A model generated the notes under the pieces. It was not told the DNA's origin, did not search any database, and saw only the letters and a list, made by a program, of their open reading frames with translations. Positions 49,737-58,219 of a stretch of DNA of 58,219 bases are shown piece after piece. Within the stretch, counting starts at the first letter, position 1. Each line of letters opens with the position of its first letter. This DNA comes from Leptolyngbyaceae cyanobacterium. Its GTDB lineage: Bacteria > Cyanobacteriota > Cyanobacteriia > Leptolyngbyales > Leptolyngbyaceae. The DNA lies in contig JBGTAZ010000355.1 in NCBI GenBank assembly GCA_041749615.1, forward strand, positions 1 to 58,219, in the 5' to 3' direction. A program made the translations under genes and the position numbers.

Positions 49737-52226
49737 TTACGTATCGATAGAGATAGATGTACTAATTAAATTAGAAACCGGAGTATATATATCAATCTCA
49801 ATTTCTGGAACTCGAATTGATACGATAAGTGAGTAGTGAGAAACTTGATTATACCGTTCTAGGTACTTTTTCTCTTTCCACCATCCGCCAACTGGGTAAA
49901 CTGCTATTGCATCCTTCTGAGCTAGCTCAACAGCAGCACCTTCCCAAATATCGCAATGTATTGAGCCACAATCTCTTGTTTTAGGTCCAAGAAACCAAGC
50001 ACCATCTTCAGGTCTATTTGATGTGACACGACCTTCTTCCTCTTCTCTGACTGCTTCATTAATTCGCCATTTGAAATCGTCATCCCTTTCTGAAGACTTC
50101 TTAACCTCAAAGCGCAGTCCGTGAGAAGCGTAACGATGTTTGTATGCCCATCCGCGCTCTCCAGGATTCGGTTCAATAAAGTAGGATAAGGTAACTTTTA
50201 ACTCTACGTTCGCCTCTCCTAGTTTTTCTAAAACCTCACTTGGCCAAGGCAATTTGTGAAGGTTCATATCCTTAGTTTTGACTTGACCGCCTTTGCTCTC
50301 TAAATAGAATGGCTGGAGTTCTTCTTCAATAATTAGTGTTAGATCATTGCTGGCACTTTGCAGGGCACGCCCTAAAGTAGGAACGCCATAGCCGTAACGT
50401 CGTACAAGAGCACGTCTAGCAGTTTTTGAAGACGCGCTGTCGAAATGAGTTCGCATAGCTGGAGTCCACTCAGCCGAATGCACAATCAGTGCCCGTACTG
50501 TCTCTGGGCGATAGGTAGGCTGTTCTGACATAATCCGTGCCGCCATATGACTGGCAAGGGCAGTAGCGCAGCTTGTATCCCGCATATAATCAAACGATCG
50601 CACTTCTGGTCGGTAATGGGTTGTAAGAACACAAAGATCGTCAATAGGCACGGCTGGATTGTGCCCATCATGCGCCATGTTGCCCCCCTCAAAAACTACG
50701 TCCGGACGGATTGGCCATTGAGGCTCCCAGGTTACTGAAGTGCGGCTACGTGGAGAGAGATCACCGCCTGGTGCTAATGGTTGCCAACCAGCGTAACCAG
50801 GATCATGAATATTCACTATCTCTGTGTAGGCACCTACAACGAGAGGGTTCCAAGCTTGTGCAGGGTTTTCTACCATTTCAAGATCATTGATATTGAGGTA
50901 GTCACCTAAAGCAATATCTTGATGGATGTTGCCTGCTGAAATAATCATCAATCGCCGGAATTCATTATCGTTGAAGCAAAGCTGGTCTACTGCTGCTGAC
51001 CAGGATGATGGCGTTCCCTTATCCGTAGAACCGTAGCCGCTCGTCACCGCCATGCAAAACACCCGACGGCGATCGGGTGCCTGAATTTCGGGTAAAGAGA
51101 CTCCCTGCTCTGTAATTGCACCATAGAGTTCAGGAGCATTTTCACCACTGCTTGGAAGTATTTTGACTGACTCAATGCGGTGTAGAAGTTTTACTTGCTT
51201 AGAAGGTGTACTTAATGCAGCTTGTAAGTCACCATACGAGGCTACACCAGCCATCGCTGTACCATGCCCACACCAATGAGCACTGTCGTTAACACCCCAA
51301 GACGGCTCAACAGTATGCATATCATTGGCAGCAAGTGCTAATGAAAGTAATTGATGAGTTCTGGTTGCACCACTATCCAGTAAACTTATTGCTACTGCAT
51401 GTTGTCCGGGTTCAAGTAGTCTTTCAGCCAAATCTTTAGCCCAGTTAGCTTGCTCTAACGCTCCCATCTCAAGAAATATTGACGGAACATCCTTGGCTAT
51501 ACGTAGTTCCGCTACGGCATCAGAATTTCTAATAAGCTGCGCCATTGCTTCAACATCTGACATTGCCAAAACAATCTCGCGCTCAGGGAAAGTAATCCTA
51601 TGAGGCTTCGTCTGAATCTCTAATCTTTGAGTAACCTGATTGAATACACTACGCCGCTCGTTCCGGAGCCAAACCTCCCACCAAACCTCCTGTCCATTTT
51701 CTGGGAACAGATTTGGCTCATCTGTAAATAAGGATATGACTGTTCCAATCTGAACAGTGTTTATGCGTGATACAAGCGGCTCATTCTCAGGATTTCCCTT
51801 ACTTGTATCTTTATCGCGATATTTTTCTACTTTCTCCAAAAAATAGTTCGCAGCTTTTTCTGGAACAAAAACTGTTGCTGCAACAAGTCCCTCCTGTTTA
51901 GGTATTTGCTTAACTGCAACAAGTTCAACTTTTTTCCGGAGATCTCCCAGTTTCTCAAAAGCATTTAATTTATCAGCCTGAACTTGAAATTCTAGGTAAA
52001 AGCCGGGTACGCCAGCAGCAACATCTGGGTCACGAGAGTCTAGCTGTTGACGAGCTTCTTGCAGTGCCCTACCAATTGCAAGTTCTAAAGTTCGCGCATG
52101 TGCTGCTCTATCTCGCACAGGAGGTTGAGGAGAATCACCGCCACCCTGTTTTGGTCGTGTATATTTCTCACTTTCACCATTCTCAGGTAAGTAGATATGA
52201 GGAAACCTGCGTGACTGGTCAGACAT
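49737..52226 (-). CDS. S8 subtilisin-like serine protease (IetS-like)
   Basis: LLDSG (Asp), GHGTAMAG (His), ISAGN (oxyanion Asn), RDTSCAT (Ser), RALIVHSA, YGYGVP, KVTLSYFIEPNP, PVGGWWK. Confidence 0.9.
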   Translation of the reverse strand: MSDQSRRFPHIYLPENGESEKYTRPKQGGGDSPQPPVRDRAAHARTLELAIGRALQEARQQLDSRDPDVAAGVPGFYLEFQVQADKLNAFEKLGDLRKKVELVAVKQIPKQEGLVAATVFVPEKAANYFLEKVEKYRDKDTSKGNPENEPLVSRINTVQIGTVISLFTDEPNLFPENGQEVWWEVWLRNERRSVFNQVTQRLEIQTKPHRITFPEREIVLAMSDVEAMAQLIRNSDAVAELRIAKDVPSIFLEMGALEQANWAKDLAERLLEPGQHAVAISLLDSGATRTHQLLSLALAANDMHTVEPSWGVNDSAHWCGHGTAMAGVASYGDLQAALSTPSKQVKLLHRIESVKILPSSGENAPELYGAITEQGVSLPEIQAPDRRRVFCMAVTSGYGSTDKGTPSSWSAAVDQLCFNDNEFRRLMIISAGNIHQDIALGDYLNINDLEMVENPAQAWNPLVVGAYTEIVNIHDPGYAGWQPLAPGGDLSPRSRTSVTWEPQWPIRPDVVFEGGNMAHDGHNPAVPIDDLCVLTTHYRPEVRSFDYMRDTSCATALASHMAARIMSEQPTYRPETVRALIVHSAEWTPAMRTHFDSASSKTARRALVRRYGYGVPTLGRALQSASNDLTLIIEEELQPFYLESKGGQVKTKDMNLHKLPWPSEVLEKLGEANVELKVTLSYFIEPNPGERGWAYKHRYASHGLRFEVKKSSERDDDFKWRINEAVREEEEGRVTSNRPEDGAWFLGPKTRDCGSIHCDIWEGAAVELAQKDAIAVYPVGGWWKEKKYLERYNQVSHYSLIVSIRVPEIEIDIYTPVSNLISTSISIDT

Positions 52227-52233
52227 GCTGCAA

Positions 52234-53229
52234 CTAAGCTTTCTTCAGTTGTTGAATAATATCTTGTCGTTCCAAGATAGCCGAAAGCAGCGTTTTCTCG
52301 CCAATCTTCTCGGTATCAGATAATACGGCTTGTTTTGCTGACTCATCGGCAGCACGGACAATCTCAGCTAAACTCAGACCTTGTGCAGCATTCAAAATCT
52401 CCGACCAATCATTCCACTGAGTTTTAAATATTGAAAGCCGTGTTTCCAAAAGACGACGAACCATTGCAACCGTTGGAAGCGTATATTCAATGACATCATC
52501 AAACCTTCGGAAAAGAGCTTCATCCAGTAGATTGGGGTGATTAGTTGCAGCAATGATTAAACTGTCACTTCCATCATTCTCTATAAGTAGCAAAAAAGAG
52601 TTTAAAACACGACGAATTTCACCCACGTCATTTGCGCTGTTGCGCTGTGTTCCAATCGCATCGAACTCATCAAAAAAGTAAACACCTCGCGTTAGTGCCA
52701 TTGCATCAAAAATCAACTTGAGACGGCTGGCTGTTTCCCCCATAAACTTGCCAATAAGACTACTGTAGATAGCAGTAAACAGAGGAAGTTGCAATTCACC
52801 AGCTAAAGCAGTGGCAGTCATTGTTTTGCCAGAACCAGGGGAACCTACCAAAAGGATTTTGCGACGAGGAGATAGGTTGTAGTTTTGAAGGCGATTTCGC
52901 TGTTTTTGTTCTGTAAGAATGCGCTTCAGTTGAGACTCAAGTTGAGGTGAGAGTACCATGTCAGATAATTTTGTATCTGGATAGCGCGCAGCCAAAAGAT
53001 GAGCTAGTTCACCTTTTGGCTGGACGAGCGGAACTGGACCGGTTCTATGCTCTATAGCAGAGCCACGCGCCTTAGCTTGCTCAATTAACTCTCGAATTTC
53101 TTGAGCAACTCTTCCATGTCCCTGCCTTGCTTCATGCGCTGCCATTTGAAGGGCAGCAGAATGGAATTGCTGCTCTTCACCTTCTACATAGCTCTTTAAA
53201 AGCGCTATGATTTGACGAGCAGTAGACAT
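52234..53229 (-). CDS. AAA+ ATPase (IetA-like)
   Basis: GSPGSGKT (Walker A), FFDEFDAIG (Walker B), DVGEIRRVLNSFL, AATN, ALFRRFD; stop lies 7 bp before the S8 start. Confidence 0.92.
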   Translation of the reverse strand: MSTARQIIALLKSYVEGEEQQFHSAALQMAAHEARQGHGRVAQEIRELIEQAKARGSAIEHRTGPVPLVQPKGELAHLLAARYPDTKLSDMVLSPQLESQLKRILTEQKQRNRLQNYNLSPRRKILLVGSPGSGKTMTATALAGELQLPLFTAIYSSLIGKFMGETASRLKLIFDAMALTRGVYFFDEFDAIGTQRNSANDVGEIRRVLNSFLLLIENDGSDSLIIAATNHPNLLDEALFRRFDDVIEYTLPTVAMVRRLLETRLSIFKTQWNDWSEILNAAQGLSLAEIVRAADESAKQAVLSDTEKIGEKTLLSAILERQDIIQQLKKA

Positions 53230-53566
53230 GATCTTAGCTATCCTTCTCCAGAGCAGCAGATGATTGATGCTGCTACAGCTTACCTTCCCTAGTCTAACTT
53301 CTCTAAGAAAAATCAATTCGCTTCCTTAGAAGTATTTGACAATCCGCTGGTATAAGCGTACCTACTCTTTTCCTTCTTGTCGTGTCTGTTTTGCTCGAAT
53401 CGCCGATCGCACTAGCTTTACCCGATGCGAGTCAGCATTTTTCTGCCATACCACCTGATGCCCTTTTAACTCTGCACAGTGATTTTTCAGGCACTTCAGC
53501 TAACTATGAGATCGCTAATCTTCTTCCTGCCGACTTAGCCTGAGACCGTTAAGATTGGGGGCAAGT

Positions 53567-55387
53567 CTAAGATTCCAGCATTTGTAGGTGATAGAGGCTG
53601 GCGTAGAGTCCGTTTTGGGCGAGGAGTTCTTCGTGGCTGCCTGATTCAACCAGTTGCCCGCGTTTGAGAACGAGAATGCGATCGCACTTGCGAATGGTGC
53701 TAAGTCGGTGAGCAATAATGATGGCGGTGCGTCCTTCTAACAAGCGGTCTAATGCGTCTTGCACTAATGCCTCTGTGCCTACGTCGAGGCTGGCGGTTGC
53801 TTCGTCTAAGACCAAAATTTTGGGATCGCGGATGGCGGCACGAGCAAATGCCAGCAGTTGCTTTTGTCCCGCAGACAGGTTCGTGCCCCGTTCTCGCAGC
53901 GGTGTATCGTAGCCTTGGGGAAGTTGTTCGATCAGGCGATCAACGTTGGTGTTTTGCGCCGCTGCCTGGATGGCTTCAAACGAGTAGGTTTCGCCCAGCG
54001 TAATATTGCTTTTCACATCTCCGGCGAAAATAAACCCATCCTGCAAAATTACGCCCATGTGACGACGGAGTTCTGTTTGAGGTAACTCGCGCACATCGAT
54101 TCCGTCAACCAAGATTTTGCCTTTATCCGCTTCGTAAAGTCGGGTTAACAATCGAATAATGGAGCTTTTTCCGGCACCAGTTGGACCGACTAATGCCACT
54201 TTTTCACCCGGATGAATCGTGAAATTGAGGTCTTTTAGAACGGGATCTTCTGGCTTATAGCCAAACCACACTTGGTCAAATTGAATCTTGCCTGTTTCGC
54301 TATCAGCCTGGGCATATAAGGTTTTGGGGTTGGCAATATCCCGAATCTCGATCGGTTCGCTCATGATATCGCTGACACGCTCGATCGCCGTCAATCCTGC
54401 TTGAATCGCCGTAAATTTTTCAGCAAACTGACGCAATGGATCAAACAATCGTTGGGCATATAAAATAAATGCCGTTAGCGTACCCAACTTCAATTGATCA
54501 TCCATAATTAGCACACTGCCAAACCACAATACTCCGGCGATCGCCACCAGCGAAATCCACTCCAGCGTTGCCGAAATCGCCGAATCATGAAAAATTGTCT
54601 CATCAACTTCTTTGATATATTGCAGGTTTATTTGGCGAAAAAGTTGAGCATTGAATCCTTCTCGGCGAAATAGTTGCACCACGCCAATGCCAACAATATT
54701 TTCTTGCAGCATCGAGTTGAGCGCCGAGATTTCCTCACGGGCGCGGTAGTTGGCTTTGCGAAACTGCTGCTGAAAATAAATAATCAGTGCCGTCACCGGA
54801 ATTAGCATCACCACTAACAGCAGCGCCAACTGCCACTGCAATAAAAACATGATGACAGCAATCACCAGGATGGAGAATAGATCGCCAATAATCCCGATCG
54901 CCCCGGTCGAAAACACATCCCCCAACGACTCCACATCACTAGTCAAGCGGGTAATTAGCCGCCCAACCGGGGTGCGGTCAAAAAAGCGCATTGCCAACGA
55001 GGTGACATGAAAAAACAAATCCGTCCGAATATTTGCCGTAATGCTTTGCCCGACTTCCTGCACCAAATAGCCCTGCCACGCATCCAAAAACACCCGTCCT
55101 ACCAACGTCACCAACAGCAACCCCGACAAAATGTTGATGCCCGTCGTTAGCGGTACTGTCTGCAAAAACTTCAGCCAGGTCGGGTCTTGTTGCACGAGTG
55201 AAATGGCATCACCTACCAAAATCGGCTGAATCGCTCCCGCAATGGAGGCAGGCACAAGCAACAGCAGCGAAAACAGAAGTGTGCGTCTATTTTGCAAGCC
55301 ATAAGGAATCAGCCTTTTCAGAAGTCGCCAATCTGTTTCTCGTTTTGCGCGATAGGTCGCGTTCCTGGTTTGAAGTGGAGCAGTCAT
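53567..55387 (-). CDS. ABC exporter, fused permease/ATPase (MdlB/MsbA-like)
   Basis: 6-TM domain (FFDRTPVGRLITRLTSD), GPTGAGKS, LSAGQKQ, LVLDEATA, IAHRL. Confidence 0.94.
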   Translation of the reverse strand: MTAPLQTRNATYRAKRETDWRLLKRLIPYGLQNRRTLLFSLLLLVPASIAGAIQPILVGDAISLVQQDPTWLKFLQTVPLTTGINILSGLLLVTLVGRVFLDAWQGYLVQEVGQSITANIRTDLFFHVTSLAMRFFDRTPVGRLITRLTSDVESLGDVFSTGAIGIIGDLFSILVIAVIMFLLQWQLALLLVVMLIPVTALIIYFQQQFRKANYRAREEISALNSMLQENIVGIGVVQLFRREGFNAQLFRQINLQYIKEVDETIFHDSAISATLEWISLVAIAGVLWFGSVLIMDDQLKLGTLTAFILYAQRLFDPLRQFAEKFTAIQAGLTAIERVSDIMSEPIEIRDIANPKTLYAQADSETGKIQFDQVWFGYKPEDPVLKDLNFTIHPGEKVALVGPTGAGKSSIIRLLTRLYEADKGKILVDGIDVRELPQTELRRHMGVILQDGFIFAGDVKSNITLGETYSFEAIQAAAQNTNVDRLIEQLPQGYDTPLRERGTNLSAGQKQLLAFARAAIRDPKILVLDEATASLDVGTEALVQDALDRLLEGRTAIIIAHRLSTIRKCDRILVLKRGQLVESGSHEELLAQNGLYASLYHLQMLES

Positions 55388-55471
55388 TGGGCAAATCCGC
55401 AGGATGTATAGAGAGAAATTGCTTTCTCACTGTAACCCTTTGGAGAAGCTAGAAGGAGTGAATGCCTCGTT

Positions 55472-56662
55472 CTACTCTTCCCAGCAGTCGCAGGTGACTG
55501 TTTTAGGGCTAGACATCACCGATCGCAAATGCTGCCGAACGAGGGTTAACAATGCTTGGGTTTCTGGTGGTTTCGTTAGAAAATCGGATGCGCCTGCTAA
55601 TTTGGCACGGGTGCGATCGATAAAACCGCTTTGGCTGGTCAAGATAATAATCGGCGTATTTTGAAAAATCGGCGTTTTGCGGAGAAAGGCACACAGGTCG
55701 TAGCCATTGGCGTTCGGCATCACCAAATCTAGAAAAATTAAATCAGGTTTGGTTTTACTTAAGATGCCAATGCCGGATAAAGGCTCCTGGACTTTTAACA
55801 CTTGATAGCCAGCCGGTTCCAAGATATTGGCAAGAAATTGCCCCACGGTCGGGCTGTCATCCACGCAGGCAATTAAAGGACGGACAGCTTGATTCTTGGC
55901 TAGCTTGGCGCGCAGTTGAGTGAACGGGTGGGGCAAGTCGGCGACATCTTCCAGGGCGATCGCCCCCCGCTGCACCCAAGGCAACAAAAATCGGGTAATG
56001 GTGTTTACGGGTCGCCGTGCATAGCAGGCAATGTCCCATAGGGTATAACGCCCGGTTAAAAATGGACGCAGGTTGACAGGCAAGGTGGCTGCATTTGATA
56101 ACTCCGAGGAGACCAGCTTTAATATGGGCGACTGATAGGGATTGAGCGGCTCCAACTCCATCGCCTTCCAACTGTTCCAAAGCTGGTGCGATCGCTGAAG
56201 CACCCCCTCCACATCTGCCGAAGAGAGAAGCAACCCTAGAGCCGAATTATCCTTCAGCACAAATCGCTGCACTGCCGACCACTCAGCCGCCAACGCCGAA
56301 TTGCTCACCCAAGCAAACAGCACCTCCTCTAAGCTCATTTTGATCACCCCTTGCGCCTGTTGCACACTCAACTGGTTTTGAGCCACACTTTGACTCAAGC
56401 ATTGATATTCCCAAGGGTCGCCTGTTGGCATCTCGTCTACCCTATAGTCTGGAGATTGCTGTTTCATTGCCCGTCGCCATCGCCGCACTCGATGCAAGCT
56501 GCCAGTTGCATAGACCAATCGACCATGGAAAAAATAGAGCCTCCAGCACTGTTTATCATGACTAAGCTGCAACTCTCCTGTGGCACGCTGCTGGCTGATG
56601 GAGGCAAGCGTCCGAGCAGTATTGGCGTAGACAATTGAAAAAGACGACATTCCTAGCGGCAC
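55472..56662 (-). CDS. PatA-family response regulator (PATAN/DUF4388 + REC)
   Basis: ATGELQL...WRLYFFHGRLVYATG...RRWRR (PATAN); IACVDDSP, IFLDLVMP, ILTS, FLTKP (REC). Confidence 0.9.
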   Translation of the reverse strand: MPLGMSSFSIVYANTARTLASISQQRATGELQLSHDKQCWRLYFFHGRLVYATGSLHRVRRWRRAMKQQSPDYRVDEMPTGDPWEYQCLSQSVAQNQLSVQQAQGVIKMSLEEVLFAWVSNSALAAEWSAVQRFVLKDNSALGLLLSSADVEGVLQRSHQLWNSWKAMELEPLNPYQSPILKLVSSELSNAATLPVNLRPFLTGRYTLWDIACYARRPVNTITRFLLPWVQRGAIALEDVADLPHPFTQLRAKLAKNQAVRPLIACVDDSPTVGQFLANILEPAGYQVLKVQEPLSGIGILSKTKPDLIFLDLVMPNANGYDLCAFLRKTPIFQNTPIIILTSQSGFIDRTRAKLAGASDFLTKPPETQALLTLVRQHLRSVMSSPKTVTCDCWEE

Positions 56663-56776
56663 CTAATGATTGATTGGATAACCAACTGTGTTGATGACAT
56701 TGCCACAAGTCAACCTTGCTGATTCATCGATTGATTCATCGATCCAACCATACCCAATTTGATCGTTTAGCATGGC

Positions 56777-56906
56777 TTACAGCCGTTTTCAGATGAATGT
56801 GCCACGCTTGCAAACTCTGTAAGCCCCCTAGATCCCCCAATTCTGGGGGACTTCAACTCTAGTTCCCACCAGAATTGGGGGGCTAGGGGGGCGGAAATTG
56901 CTGTAA
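56777..56906. mobile_element. MITE/REP-like hairpin element
   Basis: Long internal inverted repeat ccccctagatcccccaattctgg ... ccagaattggggggctagggggg; degenerate termini ttacagccgttttc / gaaattgctgtaa. Confidence 0.55.
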
Positions 56907-57087
56907 ATGGGACTCGTTTCCCCACGTCCTTTGTCCAGAGTTCCCAAATTTTGTAAGAACGCGCCATTTATTCTGGGCTGAGACGACAGCCATTCCTCAA
57001 TTTTTTACCCGGTGAATTAGCTCTTTACAAATTCAGCAATTTCGCCACAACGAAGGGCACACTAGAGGATAGATTTACTTTCTTCTA

Positions 57088-58011
57088 ATGAGCGGAAACA
57101 GCATGAGAGATCGGATTGAGCGATTAACCGAAAACCTGGGTCAAGTGATTGTTGGCAAGTCCGATGCGATTCGGCTAGTGCTAGTGGCACTCCTCTCTGG
57201 CGGTCATACGCTGCTAGAAGACGTTCCTGGAGTCGGTAAAACGCTATTGGCAAAATCCCTGGCGCGATCGATTGATGGCAAGTTTCAGCGGATTCAATGC
57301 ACGCCTGACTTGCTCCCCACCGACATCACTGGAACCAACATTTGGAATCCGAGAACCGGCGAGTTTGAATTTTTGCCGGGTCCAGTATTTGCCAATGTGG
57401 TGCTTGCCGATGAAATCAACCGAGCCACACCTCGTACCCAGTCGGCACTGCTGGAAGTGATGGAAGAGCAACAGGTGACGGTAGACGGCAACTCTCGGTT
57501 AGTGCCCACCCCGTTTTTTGTGATTGCCACCCAAAACCCAGTGGAATATCAGGGCACCTTTCCCTTACCCGAAGCGCAAATGGATCGGTTTGCCCTGTCG
57601 TTGTCGTTGGGATATCCCTCCGAGACCGAAGAATTGCAAATGCTGGAGCGGCTTCAGCGAGGAACCGCTTCAAAAGATTTGCAGCCCTGTATTTCTCTAG
57701 ACGAGGTGAAGGAGCTACAGCGATTGAGTGCCCAAGTGAAAGTAGAAGCCTCTTTGCAGCAGTACATTTTGAACTTGGTACGGGCAACTCGTGAAGATGA
57801 GGAGATTACGCTAGGAGTGAGTCCTAGAGGCACCATTACCCTACAGCGAGCAGCTCAGGCATTGGCTTTTTTGGACGATCGCGACTATGCCCTTCCCGAT
57901 GATGTGAAATATCTCGCACCCCACGTACTCGCGCACCGGATGATCCCCGCAGGAGGACGCAGAGCCAGAGCGATCGTCGATCGCCTATTGAACTCCGTAG
58001 CAATTCCTTAA
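57088..58011 (+). CDS. MoxR-family AAA+ ATPase
   Basis: LLEDVPGVGKT, RIQCTPDLLPTDITG, LADEINRATPRTQSALLE, ATQNP, PLPEAQMDRF, GVSPRG. Confidence 0.95.
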   Translation: MSGNSMRDRIERLTENLGQVIVGKSDAIRLVLVALLSGGHTLLEDVPGVGKTLLAKSLARSIDGKFQRIQCTPDLLPTDITGTNIWNPRTGEFEFLPGPVFANVVLADEINRATPRTQSALLEVMEEQQVTVDGNSRLVPTPFFVIATQNPVEYQGTFPLPEAQMDRFALSLSLGYPSETEELQMLERLQRGTASKDLQPCISLDEVKELQRLSAQVKVEASLQQYILNLVRATREDEEITLGVSPRGTITLQRAAQALAFLDDRDYALPDDVKYLAPHVLAHRMIPAGGRRARAIVDRLLNSVAIP

Positions 58012-58036
58012 CGGGTTTCAGGTTTCAGGGGTTCGG

Positions 58037-58118
58037 AACTCAAAACTCAAAATATCTCCTACGGAGACGCTACGCGAACAAAACTCAAAACTCCTCCACA
58101 CTCCGTACCTCGTACTCC
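58037..58118. repeat. STRR heptamer arrays (caaaact; ctccgta-like) interrupted by an SDR-like element at 58057-58078
   Basis: aactcaaaactcaaaa-tatc-tcctacggagacgctacgcgaa-caaaactcaaaactc; the insert reverse complement ttcgcgtagcgtctccgtagga matches the SDR5-like core. Confidence 0.7.
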
Positions 58119-58219
58119 TAAGTCACCGCAACAACAACGGCGGCGCTCTCTACTGCAAGTCTGTTGACGGCACTGAGGGCATAGGTTCCAGGGGATGCGA
58201 TCGCTTCCCTGACTGCGGC

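Noticed and set aside
58118-58219. 3' end of a minus-strand CDS entering from the right edge
   Set aside because: Two frames are open, and the fragment is too short to choose a frame or assign a product.

Overview
Chromosomal window from a HIP1 (GCGATCGC)-rich cyanobacterium, probably filamentous and Leptolyngbya/Oculatellaceae-like (inferred from gene content). Most of it is core or cyanobacteria-typical: clpB, rdgB, ribD, eda, mnmG, alr, sixA, thiC with a TPP riboswitch, tRNA-Phe(GAA), tRNA-Arg(UCU), a small EPS cluster, a CPA1 antiporter/TrkA pair, a PatA-type regulator and a MoxR ATPase. Accessory or odd features: (1) a HIP1-free AAA-ATPase + S8-protease pair of the IetAS defence type; (2) a cluster of apparently catalytically dead signalling proteins, made of a His->Tyr orthocaspase, a TM-TPR partner that may be its frameshifted C-terminal half, and a Ser/Thr pseudokinase; (3) SDR5-like mini-elements inserted into HIP1 sites, including two related composite 45-nt in-frame insertions in adjacent genes; (4) MITE-like hairpin elements; (5) single-base lesions in clpB (in-frame TAA) and mnmG (+1 in a G5 run), which may be real or assembly errors; (6) a Cys-less Atx1/HMA homolog and a degenerate ADP-ribosylglycohydrolase. 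No CRISPR array, rRNA, integrase or recognisable transposase was seen. All calls come from reading motifs by eye; no searches were run.
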